From positions 1-64,000 of the IMG/VR virus record IMGVR_UViG_3300002026_000256: DNA of 64,000 nt; one strand, given 5' to 3'. How positions within the stretch are numbered: position 1 is the first letter of the stretch; every line of letters begins with the position of its first letter. Shown piece after piece: positions 53,564 to 63,841 of this stretch. The stretch is from a virus (lineage: Duplodnaviria; Caudoviricetes). A model generated the notes under the pieces. That model was not told where the DNA came from, did no database searches, and saw only the letters and a list, made by a program, of their open reading frames with translations. The translations under genes and the position numbers were made by a program.

Positions 53564-54836
53564 TGAGTTTCCTAATAATAGATTGATTTAAGTCTGGTAG
53601 TAATTGTCGCCATGATTGAGTACACCCTTGCTCATGATCAAGAGTATCACTAAACTCCACAAATTCAGGTAGTAACGCAGTCATATCACCACCATTTAAT
53701 GCATTAATTACGTCTATTGTGTATTTTTTTGCATTAGCTTTCCTGTCAGCAGTCCAATTTGGATGTATCTTAGAGTTAATTGAGTCTTTGTACGTTTCTA
53801 AAGTGTTAGTAAGCACCTTTTTAATGTCCAATGGCATTACGCGCATGTCTAAGAATTTTGGGTAGTTTACTAAATGAGATTGCACCCCTATGTCTAGTTG
53901 TTCTACAAACGCATCAAAAATTTCTGGCAAAGAAAATACGTTATACACTTGAAACGTACAACTACCCGCCATGTGTATGTTTTTGCAAGCATGTGCAGTT
54001 TTGATGTTATTTTGTAATGTTTTATAACTGCCTAGCTGTCTAACATATTCATACATCTCATTTACACCGTCAATGCTAATAATTAAGTCTATTCGTTTAA
54101 ATTTGTCCCATAGTTCCTGAATTGGTTTTCCTTTAAAATCTAACTTAGTTAAATTTGTTGAATATTTCAAATTAATTTGATCTGCCCGTGGTAGAAGTTT
54201 TTCTAAGATACGATAATGAGTTGGGTCAATGATTGGTTCTCCTCCAGCAAATTCTATTCTATCAAAATACGGAAGTAACTCGTCAAATTCATCCCAAAAT
54301 TTGTCGTTACCCTCCCAAGCATTTAAGAACGGTTTGATGTTAAGTTTCAACGAATGAACTTTAGTGTAAGTGCTTTCATTGTTGTCTTTCATTAAATGTG
54401 ATATAGCTGGCCAATCTTTTGCCCAACTAGTGCTATCCAATGGGTGGCACATCCTGCATTTTAAGTTGCATAGATTACTAAGTTTAGCTTCAATGATTGG
54501 TATACGAAAAGGCATCGAGTAATCATCGTTTAATTCATCTAACCTATTAATATAATTAGGAAGTCTTGACACATTGTATCGTTGGCGCAAACTCCTTACC
54601 CCTATGTCTTCCTGGCGCCAGCATGCCTCGCATTCAACTGGACGTTCGTCATTTAACACCTTTCGCCTGATTTCTTTATATTGATCATTATTCCATATAC
54701 TGCTCAATGGGCTGTTGTTAATATTTCCAATTGTATTACTTCGGCAGCATAATTTAACACTGCCGTCTGTTTTTGTAGCTACGTGCACAAATGGTAATAT
54801 GCACATTGTTTTACTAGATAAGTTAGCTTTGGCCAT
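53556..54836 (-). CDS. Radical SAM enzyme with N-terminal SPASM/twitch-like domain
   Basis: CILPF..CC..CEAC; CNLKCRMC; GGEPI. Confidence 0.92.
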   Translation of the reverse strand: MAKANLSSKTMCILPFVHVATKTDGSVKLCCRSNTIGNINNSPLSSIWNNDQYKEIRRKVLNDERPVECEACWRQEDIGVRSLRQRYNVSRLPNYINRLDELNDDYSMPFRIPIIEAKLSNLCNLKCRMCHPLDSTSWAKDWPAISHLMKDNNESTYTKVHSLKLNIKPFLNAWEGNDKFWDEFDELLPYFDRIEFAGGEPIIDPTHYRILEKLLPRADQINLKYSTNLTKLDFKGKPIQELWDKFKRIDLIISIDGVNEMYEYVRQLGSYKTLQNNIKTAHACKNIHMAGSCTFQVYNVFSLPEIFDAFVEQLDIGVQSHLVNYPKFLDMRVMPLDIKKVLTNTLETYKDSINSKIHPNWTADRKANAKKYTIDVINALNGGDMTALLPEFVEFSDTLDHEQGCTQSWRQLLPDLNQSIIRKLNE

Positions 54837-55191
54837 CTGTGAACTTCTTTAGATATTGTTGGGCAGATGCCTGTTTAGTTTTTGTAATATTTAAACTTGC
54901 TGCACACACGCACCAAGTTCGTATACAGGTCACGGGTTCTGATGGTAGATTAAAACCAGTGAATACATTGCCTAATTTAGTTTGTTTGCACGATGCTGCA
55001 TATACATCTCCGTTGTGGTCAATAAACAAACTTTCAATTCCAGACCAACATTGCCATCCTTGATATTGATTGTCACCACGTAATAGTATGTCATTCACGT
55101 TTTCGTGTAATTCAACAATGTCATTATCAATCTCAACAATTGAAATTACATTGTTAAACGGTGCTGTACTAGATGATTCTATTCTACGCAT
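54823..55191 (-). CDS. Stand-alone twitch/SPASM domain
   Basis: CWSG..IDHNGDVY..C..LGNV..C..WCVC. Confidence 0.7.
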   Translation of the reverse strand: MRRIESSSTAPFNNVISIVEIDNDIVELHENVNDILLRGDNQYQGWQCWSGIESLFIDHNGDVYAASCKQTKLGNVFTGFNLPSEPVTCIRTWCVCAASLNITKTKQASAQQYLKKFTDGQS

Positions 55192-55897
55192 TGTATTCCC
55201 CTAAAGCTTTCAACTCCTCATCAGTATAATATGATGTGTCGTCATGAATAGGACCACCATCGCCAAATTTTAAAGTAGAAATTCCATTAAAAAATGGTCT
55301 AGCAATTTGATCTGGTTGCCCTTTAACGTAAGCTGGTCTGATACGTCTAATCACAGTAGTAATATTATGTGATTGAAATAAATCTATTACAAGTTTTGCG
55401 TCTGCGAACATTGAAGGTAACATCATCATATGAACATGCGTGTGAATATGGTGTGGTTGGCCTTTGGCAAAAGCAAAACAATCTATTATTTTACCGGGAA
55501 GAACGTCTGCCCCGTGATATTCCATATGATAACTAACAAGAAATGTACTAAGATATGGTATTATTTTTTTGTAAAACTCTACAGTTCTGCTGCCGTTTGT
55601 AGTAATTCCTACTTTTATCCCGCAACTGTGCATGTACTTAATAATCTCTTCTATGTCAGGGTTAACGCACGGCTCACCGCCAGTTAAACTTATTCTTATA
55701 TCTTTATTTTTAGCTGATGCAATAATAGTATCAATGGTACGTTTGGCAATCTCAAATGGTAAGTGCTTGCTGTGATTATCGTGAGTAAATTCGTCGCAAT
55801 AGCTACAGTTAAAATTACATCTTTTCCCTAAGTTCCATTCTATTCTCATGGCATTTCTTGACCATTTACTAGTGTGTTCTATTGCGATTGTTTTCAT
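55184..55897 (-). CDS. Radical SAM core lacking its auxiliary-cluster domain
   Basis: CNFNCSYC, TGGEP, TTNGSR. Confidence 0.88.
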   Translation of the reverse strand: MKTIAIEHTSKWSRNAMRIEWNLGKRCNFNCSYCDEFTHDNHSKHLPFEIAKRTIDTIIASAKNKDIRISLTGGEPCVNPDIEEIIKYMHSCGIKVGITTNGSRTVEFYKKIIPYLSTFLVSYHMEYHGADVLPGKIIDCFAFAKGQPHHIHTHVHMMMLPSMFADAKLVIDLFQSHNITTVIRRIRPAYVKGQPDQIARPFFNGISTLKFGDGGPIHDDTSYYTDEELKALGEYNA

Positions 55898-57126
55898 TTA
55901 AAATATGGTATTAGTTCAGGTATGACATGGGTTACATCTGTGTCTCGTATCTTATCTAAATCCTTGGTGAAATCAATGAATGTACTCCACGAGGATTTAT
56001 CATATTCAGTAATTTCTAGGCTAGATTTAATGGTGTCAAGGTTGGAGTATGGATATTTATTAAGTTTCTCTCTTGCTAGAAACTTTAACTCAGGTGGCAT
56101 GTTTTCTATGCTTAGGTAAGATGGGTTTGTAACCATACAGTCAAATTTTTGATTCTGTGCATTACTAAGGAACCTATCAACGTTTTTACGTTTTAATGAG
56201 TTGATCCAATCCATTATATTTGTCAAATTAAAAATATTGTAAATGCTTATAGTAGTGTTAAATGAACCTTGCAGGTTTTCAAAGGAATTAAAAAAGTGTA
56301 AATTATTTTCTAATTCGTCGAGAGTAATAATATTGCCCCCGCGAATGTATTCATATACTCCATCAGTGCCGTCCATACTAACATTTAATATTATTTTTTT
56401 AAAATGTGGCCATAGTTCCTTGAGAATGTTGGGGGTTTTTGTGCCGTTAGTTGTATATGCAATATTAATATTTTTTGACAACTTTTTTTTGATTAAATAC
56501 TCAAGAAATACAAACATTTCTTCGTGCATTAACGGTTCGCCACCTTTAAAGTCTAATCTAACTAAGTTAGAGAAATATTCTGGTTTATTATCCATCAAAT
56601 TAATTAATTGGTCCACATCGTTGAAATTTGGAGTTAAGTTGCTAACACTAGCTCCTCGCTTATATGGGTCATTTGGCATTTTTTTAGATATGCTGTCTAA
56701 TAATGCTTCATCTTTAAACCAAGCTGTGCTACCCCAACTTCCGCACATTCTGCATTTAAGATTGCACTTATTAGAAAAATTAAAATCCATATGAAATAAT
56801 TTAACCTCTGGGGACGCTGATGCTAAATTGACCTCTGACATATCTGAGTTTATGTATAGTTGGTCGTACCATTTTAATCTACTTGTGCCTAGCACAGATT
56901 CCCTAGTTTCACATACTTTGCACGGATCTGGCAATTGCTGATGTGTTATCATAAATTTCCGTAACGGAACCCACGAGTCCCATGCAGTTTTGATGAAGTC
57001 ATCATCTTTAAGATGAGATTGTGGATATGACTTGCTAAGAAATACACAGCATGGTTTAACACCGCCTGTTGCAGCAACCGTCATTGCAGTCCATGGGGCA
57101 AAACATATTTTCTTAGGCAAGTCCAT
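55894..57126 (-). CDS. Radical SAM enzyme with N-terminal SPASM/twitch-like domain
   Basis: CFAPW..PCC..CKVC; CNLKCRMC; GGEPL. Confidence 0.92.
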   Translation of the reverse strand: MDLPKKICFAPWTAMTVAATGGVKPCCVFLSKSYPQSHLKDDDFIKTAWDSWVPLRKFMITHQQLPDPCKVCETRESVLGTSRLKWYDQLYINSDMSEVNLASASPEVKLFHMDFNFSNKCNLKCRMCGSWGSTAWFKDEALLDSISKKMPNDPYKRGASVSNLTPNFNDVDQLINLMDNKPEYFSNLVRLDFKGGEPLMHEEMFVFLEYLIKKKLSKNINIAYTTNGTKTPNILKELWPHFKKIILNVSMDGTDGVYEYIRGGNIITLDELENNLHFFNSFENLQGSFNTTISIYNIFNLTNIMDWINSLKRKNVDRFLSNAQNQKFDCMVTNPSYLSIENMPPELKFLAREKLNKYPYSNLDTIKSSLEITEYDKSSWSTFIDFTKDLDKIRDTDVTHVIPELIPYFK

Positions 57127-58288
57127 CTCGAGCCTTTAATAAAAAATCTTCTTTAATAATGTTTTCGTGGAACTTCCCAACGGGAAATTCTTTGGCGAAC
57201 AACACTTGATTTTCGAGAAATGCGATAAGGTAATCTATATTTGATGTGTATTGTGACCAGGATGCAAATTGCATTGGGTCTGTTCTAATGTAATGTAATT
57301 GCTCTATTCCATTTAATAATTTTTCTTCGCCTGCCATAAATGCTATCAGACTCTGTGGGCTTGATACTATCTGCGAAAAATTAATATTAATTCTTCTATT
57401 AAATTTATGAGCAACTGTGCCAATCCATTCGTATAAAATTTGCATCCGATCTACATTGTATTTTAAGATAGTGGGATTAACATGTAGCCTATGTGATGGG
57501 GACAAGTGCTCAACCCAAAATTCGAATGATTCAACGAATTTGCTAAATTCATAATCCCTGATTTTAGTGTAGTTATCATTAATGTCATCTAAACTTATAG
57601 CAATAGTAATGTTATTCAACGAATTGATATATGCTAAAATATCAGGATTGGCAACTGTGCCATTGGTGGTAACAGAGAATTTAATATTTTTATTTTTTTG
57701 TATGGCAGCACGTATAAAATATTCTAATTTTTTGTCATAAAATGGCTCACCACCTTTAAACTCAATGAATTTGGTGTGCTCTGTAATTAAGGAAATTATT
57801 TGATCAATTTGGTCATACGATAGCGACCAGTTACCAGGTATTAAACTTTGCTGATTTCTATTAGGATTTCTATACACGTACCTGCTATCTCCTAAAAATT
57901 TTGTGTCAGTTGCCACCCATCTACTAGAAAATGCAGAGTTGCACATAATACATTTCTGATTACATAAGTTGCTTAGGCTAATATCCATATGCACAATTTT
58001 GTCATTGAATATATCCCCTACTACTCCGTCAAACATGGTTCGATATTTTATCCGCCTAGATATAAAATTTGCTTGTTCTCTCTCGACACAACTATTGCAC
58101 TCTAGTGGCGGTATTCCTAAGTTACTTTGCGCAATCATTCTTTTTAAATTGTCATTTTTAATAGCTGCGTTAATGTTAGAAACGTTAGTTATACTAGCAG
58201 TGTTTTTACTGGTGCAGCAGCAAGGACTTATTCCACCTGTAGGAGTAATACACACACCTCCAGTCATTTCAACACAATCAAATATCAT
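57113..58288 (-). CDS. Radical SAM enzyme with N-terminal SPASM/twitch-like domain
   Basis: PCCC..CNSC; CNQKCIMC; GGEPF. Confidence 0.9.
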   Translation of the reverse strand: MIFDCVEMTGGVCITPTGGISPCCCTSKNTASITNVSNINAAIKNDNLKRMIAQSNLGIPPLECNSCVEREQANFISRRIKYRTMFDGVVGDIFNDKIVHMDISLSNLCNQKCIMCNSAFSSRWVATDTKFLGDSRYVYRNPNRNQQSLIPGNWSLSYDQIDQIISLITEHTKFIEFKGGEPFYDKKLEYFIRAAIQKNKNIKFSVTTNGTVANPDILAYINSLNNITIAISLDDINDNYTKIRDYEFSKFVESFEFWVEHLSPSHRLHVNPTILKYNVDRMQILYEWIGTVAHKFNRRININFSQIVSSPQSLIAFMAGEEKLLNGIEQLHYIRTDPMQFASWSQYTSNIDYLIAFLENQVLFAKEFPVGKFHENIIKEDFLLKARDGLA

Positions 58289-59685
58289 AATATGCTTTTA
58301 AGTAGAGGGAATGTCAACGGAAATTTATCAGTCCACCCACGTTGGGAATTAATTAATTGTAAATATTCCTTAGTTTCTGGCAATCTAGTAGACCAATCTT
58401 CAGAATTCATAAAATTAATTATTCCTTTAAATCGATTCATTCCGTACGGGGCAGTCATAAATGCATCTTTGGAAACATTAGCATCTTTTACCCCAGTGAA
58501 TTTCTGCCAATTTTCGTCTATCCATGGGTAAAATTCGTGCTCATACTTATCACTTATGGTTTGTTTAATATGCCCAGGTAATACCTTAACATTTAATTGA
58601 GGTGGCCAATACGCAAAGTGCATATTTATACCGCCGGCTCCAAGTGGCCACGGCGATATTTTTTTAAACCCTTGCTGGACCTTCCATTGCACAAATTCTG
58701 GGATATAGCCTATGTTCAATGCCATAATAGTTGTTGCAGTGGTAATTTCCACATTGTCAGACGTTGAATCTAATAACCAAAACACTTCTTCTTGCCGGCT
58801 CCAATTACTAGGATACCGTATATAATCATTTTGCTCACCTAGTGCATCTATACTATAATGAAATCTAACTCGTTTAAATTCTGCCCATAAATCAAATAAG
58901 TCATCACGCCATTCAACTGCATTTGAATTATATCGTAATTCAATATTTTTAGCATACCCCTTTTTAATACATTCTTCTAACAAACTATAATGTTCGTCAA
59001 TGATTAAACTTTCTCCACCTGCAAAATATAGTTGGTACAGATTTGGTATTTGCTCATTTAACTCATCCCAAAATTTTGGGTTATTTTTATGCCAATTATA
59101 ACTTGCACCATGGTCTTGACCTTTGTTATTCCACTGACTTGTATTTTTTAATTTACTATTAGTAATTTGAGGATAAATTGTGTTCCATTCTTTAATCCAG
59201 CCAGAACTGTCGTGCGGGCTGCACATAACACATGCTAATTGGCATTTAGACCCCATTCGTAAATCGATATACCGTATAACTGGTGAAACACTACCATCAG
59301 TTGCAGTATCAGCTATTAGCTGATGTAGATCATAACGGTTCCCCCAATATTCAGTTTCCCAGTTTCGTTTACTTAAATGGCCTGCCTCTTCTTCTTTGTA
59401 GCATTTAATACAGCTTGCTGGTTTTTCACCTCTAATCATTGCAGTTCTAACATTTTTCATGTAGTCACTATTCCACGCATCGGCCAAGGACGTAGTGTTA
59501 AAATTAGTAGGTATTCCCATGCTGTTTTTTATGACTCCAACTTGCCCACCGCCCACTTTGATGTCACTGTCAGGATGTTGCACAGAACTTGCATTACTTG
59601 TGCAGCATGTTCTCATAGTTCCGTCAGGCCTGCTACTAAGGTGTAACCATGGCAATGCGCAAAATGTTTTTGATATATTACTCAT
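58285..59685 (-). CDS. Radical SAM enzyme with N-terminal SPASM/twitch-like domain
   Basis: CALPW..CC..CIKC; CQLACVMC; GGESL. Confidence 0.92.
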   Translation of the reverse strand: MSNISKTFCALPWLHLSSRPDGTMRTCCTSNASSVQHPDSDIKVGGGQVGVIKNSMGIPTNFNTTSLADAWNSDYMKNVRTAMIRGEKPASCIKCYKEEEAGHLSKRNWETEYWGNRYDLHQLIADTATDGSVSPVIRYIDLRMGSKCQLACVMCSPHDSSGWIKEWNTIYPQITNSKLKNTSQWNNKGQDHGASYNWHKNNPKFWDELNEQIPNLYQLYFAGGESLIIDEHYSLLEECIKKGYAKNIELRYNSNAVEWRDDLFDLWAEFKRVRFHYSIDALGEQNDYIRYPSNWSRQEEVFWLLDSTSDNVEITTATTIMALNIGYIPEFVQWKVQQGFKKISPWPLGAGGINMHFAYWPPQLNVKVLPGHIKQTISDKYEHEFYPWIDENWQKFTGVKDANVSKDAFMTAPYGMNRFKGIINFMNSEDWSTRLPETKEYLQLINSQRGWTDKFPLTFPLLKSIL

Positions 59686-60973
59686 AATGTTTAGCCAAGC
59701 TTTGCTGTAGTTCTGGGAAAGTCATTTTCCAATTGGTTTTGTGCATTTCGTCTAATTTCGATACGTTATCAAAAAACCATTGCATATCATTTTTTCTTTC
59801 TTGATATGAATTATCTTCCAAAAGTGCTATAAGATGAATTATGGACGATGCTACTGAATTATTTTCTTTGCTCCACTGTTTATACTTTCTTAATAATTCA
59901 TCTTTAACTGATCGAGGTAATCCACGGCAGTCTAACCATGTTGGTTGATGCAATATTCTAACATGAAACTTATTAAGTTTTTTGCTAATTAAAAAATCAA
60001 TGACGTTAGTAAATGTGAAAGAATTTAAAATGTGCCATGTCACAGAAAATGATATAGTAGTGTTAGCTAAATTCCATTCCTGCAATTTGGTTATATTTTT
60101 TTGAATAGTTGTCCATGAACTTAGATATCGCACGTATTCGTTTTGTTTATCGTAGTCGTCTAGACTTATTGACAGCAACACTTTTTTAAATTTCGACCAA
60201 ATACCTTTCAATGCCGGTTTAACGGCCATTAAATTGGTATCATATTCAAGAGTAATTTGATTAGCGTAACCTGATTCTATTATCTTACTAAGAAATGTGT
60301 AATGCATGTCTAATAGAAGTGGCTCTCCACCAGTGAAATATATCTGTTTTAAAAACGGCAAGTGTTTGTCTATATTGTTCCAAAACACTTCACTTTCACT
60401 CCAGTTAAATTCTCCGTTGTCCCTATATCTACCATTCTCGTCTTTGACCAATTGAATTATTCTACCATTATCGTCAAATGTTGTGTTATCATTTAACTTT
60501 ACATAAGTTTCGTACCATTGGGTACTTGATGCAGGATAACACGAAATACATCTAAGGTTGCATAGATTACCAAATCTTAGATCTAAATACGCAATTTCAA
60601 CAGGAATAGTGCCGTCATCTAATGTAACTACTCTTGCTTTTTCTTCAGTCATTACATCTTTGAACGTTTTTAATCCAGCAAGTCTTCTACTAGCAGTGCC
60701 ATTGTTTAATTTTTCTTTTAAAGAACATGTTTGGCATTCTGGTATTTTCTCTCCATTAAGTAATGATAATCGTATTTTCTTTAAGTACTCGGAATTTATT
60801 ATATCATCAAAATTTGAAGTGCCTAAATTGTGAACGCTACTACCATCGGCAATGGCTCCGCCATTGGGGCCTACTGACGAAAGGCAGCATAATCTAGCTG
60901 ATCCAGTGGGTGTAGAATTTATGCTTATCCACGGCAATACGCAAAACGTACTAGGCTTGTTATTTGTAGTCAT
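59678..60973 (-). CDS. Radical SAM enzyme with N-terminal SPASM/twitch-like domain
   Basis: CVLPW..CC..CQTC; CNLRCISC; GGEPL. Confidence 0.92.
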   Translation of the reverse strand: MTTNNKPSTFCVLPWISINSTPTGSARLCCLSSVGPNGGAIADGSSVHNLGTSNFDDIINSEYLKKIRLSLLNGEKIPECQTCSLKEKLNNGTASRRLAGLKTFKDVMTEEKARVVTLDDGTIPVEIAYLDLRFGNLCNLRCISCYPASSTQWYETYVKLNDNTTFDDNGRIIQLVKDENGRYRDNGEFNWSESEVFWNNIDKHLPFLKQIYFTGGEPLLLDMHYTFLSKIIESGYANQITLEYDTNLMAVKPALKGIWSKFKKVLLSISLDDYDKQNEYVRYLSSWTTIQKNITKLQEWNLANTTISFSVTWHILNSFTFTNVIDFLISKKLNKFHVRILHQPTWLDCRGLPRSVKDELLRKYKQWSKENNSVASSIIHLIALLEDNSYQERKNDMQWFFDNVSKLDEMHKTNWKMTFPELQQSLAKHYE

Positions 60974-61117
60974 TGATTTAATTAACTGGTCTGCTATCTG
61001 TCTGTCGCAGCCTTAATAATTTCTCCTTGACAATATTTATGTATTTTTAGCTTGTTAAAAATAAAAATATCAAGGTTCATTATTTGGTAAATATAAAATA
61101 GGAGAACTTCACTTATT

Positions 61118-61846
61118 ATGATATTAGATTTTACATTTTTATTAAAGTCGCCTGGCGACATTGTGTTTAAGAATTCTGGTGGGCCAGACTGCGCTATTCT
61201 TATGCACTATGCAGCAAAATTTGTAAGTGAGCACAAATTAAATACAAAGTTCTATCATGTCACAGTTGACACTAGAACGAAATTTTTTTATGCCAAACAT
61301 GCTAAACTAGTAATTCAATATATTTTTGACACTTTTGGCATTGCTTGTGCAGAGCATGCAATTGCATCTGACGTAGAGGTAACTGAAATCTTCGACACTA
61401 ATGGAATGTCAGTGATATATGGATATAAAGAAGGGCAACGAAAGTTGATTAATGATTTACGTTCAAAATATCCTAATATTAAGTACGAAATATGCGGGGT
61501 GTCAAACATGCTCCCAAGTGACATCTTAGCTAACGAAAAGAAAGCTACACCTGAACTAGCTAAAATATCTAGCACTAGAGATATTCAGCGTACTGGAGCG
61601 TTAGTGCATAAAGAAATGACAAAAGAGTCTGATGCTGATTATTGGTATTATCAACCGTTAGTTAATTTAGATAAGCGTGATGTTAAACAGTTATATGATG
61701 CTGCTGGCTGCATTGACACTTTATTTCCGTTAACTAGATCATGTGAAGTATCTACAAATTGGTTATGTTACCCTCAAGTTGAATCAGCTCATTGTGGTCA
61801 GTGTTCATTTTGTTTTGAACGTAAATATGTGTTTGGTACATTGTAA
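61118..61846 (+). CDS. Second QueC-like PP-loop ATPase
   Basis: SGGPDCA..PL..DK..TRSCE..HCGQCSFCFER. Confidence 0.7.
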   Translation: MILDFTFLLKSPGDIVFKNSGGPDCAILMHYAAKFVSEHKLNTKFYHVTVDTRTKFFYAKHAKLVIQYIFDTFGIACAEHAIASDVEVTEIFDTNGMSVIYGYKEGQRKLINDLRSKYPNIKYEICGVSNMLPSDILANEKKATPELAKISSTRDIQRTGALVHKEMTKESDADYWYYQPLVNLDKRDVKQLYDAAGCIDTLFPLTRSCEVSTNWLCYPQVESAHCGQCSFCFERKYVFGTL

Positions 61847-62926
61847 TTACCGGAATTGATCATTAAATGCGTCAAACTCAGAGCCACATTTGTTAGCACA
61901 AACTGACAACTTACCGTCTTTGACACTTGCTTTGTCCCAACTTAGTTGAATGCTGCTGAGTAACGGTGAATGGTCAATTATATATTCTAACGACTTTACT
62001 TTTGCATTAATTTGCTCTATACCGCCTGCAATATGATTCCATATTTGCTCTACTTTTGGATCTGCATGCCACCATTTGTACATTCTGCCAGCAGTCCAGC
62101 AACACGGCATTAATAGTCCTTCAGCAGTAATAAAAATACTTTTATCCAACATAACTTTGCACTCTATTTTGCATGAATCGTAGTACGCAGTCATGCTACC
62201 ATATTTTTTAATTAATGCTTGCTCTTTTTCAGTCGCAGCATTAAGAAATTGTGTGCTAGGTTTTTTTAACATCCACGTCACTACACCTTTTTTGTTTACC
62301 GCTTGGTGTGCATCTTTACCAGTATGTGTATTGGTGCTAAAGAATCTTCCAGTTTTCTTTTTAGTAAATTTTTCAAAACCCCATTTTTTACTTAGTTCTT
62401 CGGCCTCATCGACTTGATGTTGATTGTGGTCAAACACAATAAAATCCCATTTTGCACGTCCACCAGCTTCGATGAAACTATGCATACTATTTTCTACTTT
62501 ATCCCAATTAACATTCTGCCTATAAATATGATTAGTATCCCGTAGCCCATCTACACTAAAAATTACAGAGCCATGTTTACCAAAAACTGTTGCCAACTCT
62601 GCCCACCACGAAGAATTTCTTGCGCCTGCATTGGTGTTCATTCCAAGGTATATTTTTGGATTATTCTTGCGAAAATAGCGGAAAACTTCTAATGTATCAG
62701 CTGCTGCTATTGGATCGCCAAGATTCCCACACATATACATAGTATCTAATTGTGCAATAAAATTCGGTGGAAATATTTTCATGCAATCTGCCAATGTTAA
62801 CTCTGCCCCAGTCATATGTTTATTGGGGGCCCCGCCATTTTCGTTACGATCGCACATTGGGCATGCAGCTTGACATGCCTGCGTTATTTCAAGATGAACT
62901 GTTTTGATTTCTGAATATTTATACAT
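61847..62926 (-). CDS. Radical SAM enzyme with C-terminal twitch domain
   Basis: CQAACPMC, GNLGDP, TNAG; MPCCW..C..KC. Confidence 0.9.
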   Translation of the reverse strand: MYKYSEIKTVHLEITQACQAACPMCDRNENGGAPNKHMTGAELTLADCMKIFPPNFIAQLDTMYMCGNLGDPIAAADTLEVFRYFRKNNPKIYLGMNTNAGARNSSWWAELATVFGKHGSVIFSVDGLRDTNHIYRQNVNWDKVENSMHSFIEAGGRAKWDFIVFDHNQHQVDEAEELSKKWGFEKFTKKKTGRFFSTNTHTGKDAHQAVNKKGVVTWMLKKPSTQFLNAATEKEQALIKKYGSMTAYYDSCKIECKVMLDKSIFITAEGLLMPCCWTAGRMYKWWHADPKVEQIWNHIAGGIEQINAKVKSLEYIIDHSPLLSSIQLSWDKASVKDGKLSVCANKCGSEFDAFNDQFR

Positions 62927-63149
62927 TAGGCATTACAAATGTTATTTCTTTACCGGGGCCAACTTTACTAGGGAGGTCACCAAACTGTTCTATGTACCAG
63001 TTAATAACTGCTTTATACCATAGGCTACTATTATGAATTGCAAGTTTATTAAATTGACTAATGTTGTTGTTCGATGCGACCATGCATGATAAGGCTCTTG
63101 CTGATTCAAGTTGAAGCTCGCGCAAGGTAAGAGTATCTAAATCGATCAT
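62919..63149 (-). CDS. Hypothetical protein
   Basis: 76 aa, overlaps both neighbours. Confidence 0.65.
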   Translation of the reverse strand: MIDLDTLTLRELQLESARALSCMVASNNNISQFNKLAIHNSSLWYKAVINWYIEQFGDLPSKVGPGKEITFVMPNV

Positions 63150-63841
63150 TTTACACCTATCCTCATAAACCGCGTAAACTTCGGCATTTCCTTTTCACCC
63201 TCATACAACACGGATGTCAAAGGCGTCTGATCTGCAAAATCTATTAGCGACGCGACACAATTAACGTGCCCGTGTATGTCAAATCCATTATTTGTTTGCA
63301 GTGCTACTAGTTTTCCCGTGGGTATTAAATCCCACCATGCTTTAAAATTTTCTATATGCTCACAGCTTGTGTTTATAATAGTATTAGGTGTTACAGTTAT
63401 GTCTACTGTAGTGCCGTTTGATCTAATGACAGTAAGAGGTTGCATTGAATAATTTATGTCGCGTATGTCCATGGTGAATGCTAAAAATTTCCATCCGTCC
63501 ATTAATAATTTTCTATGTATAATTTCAGCTGGTTTTTTACAAGAGTGGTCTATGTCAAAACTTATACATTGCGCATATGATAGGCGTTGATCAAAAAGTA
63601 AAGTTGCAAACCATCCGCCGCACAAGAATATTGTACCTAAATCTATACCTTTAAGATTGTCGGCTAACCATTGTTTACTAATTAACTGACCGTCACTTAG
63701 CGCATCTGCGAGTGGTCCTACAGACGTTGGATAACTAACTGCAATTTTAGCGATTTGCGAGCTAATGTTACTTACTGATTCTGGGTGAATCTCGGCAAGT
63801 TTAGCAAGTTGTGCTATTATTTGAATAAGGCTAGTTTGCAT
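63146..63841 (-). CDS. Class I SAM methyltransferase-like protein
   Basis: FLCGGWFA..SFDID..DI..IINTSCEH..VALQTN. Confidence 0.65.
   Translation of the reverse strand: MQTSLIQIIAQLAKLAEIHPESVSNISSQIAKIAVSYPTSVGPLADALSDGQLISKQWLADNLKGIDLGTIFLCGGWFATLLFDQRLSYAQCISFDIDHSCKKPAEIIHRKLLMDGWKFLAFTMDIRDINYSMQPLTVIRSNGTTVDITVTPNTIINTSCEHIENFKAWWDLIPTGKLVALQTNNGFDIHGHVNCVASLIDFADQTPLTSVLYEGEKEMPKFTRFMRIGVK

Noticed and set aside
48813-61846. 7-deazaguanine DNA modification pathway
   Set aside because: Only QueC-like genes are seen; FolE, QueD and DpdA are not in this window
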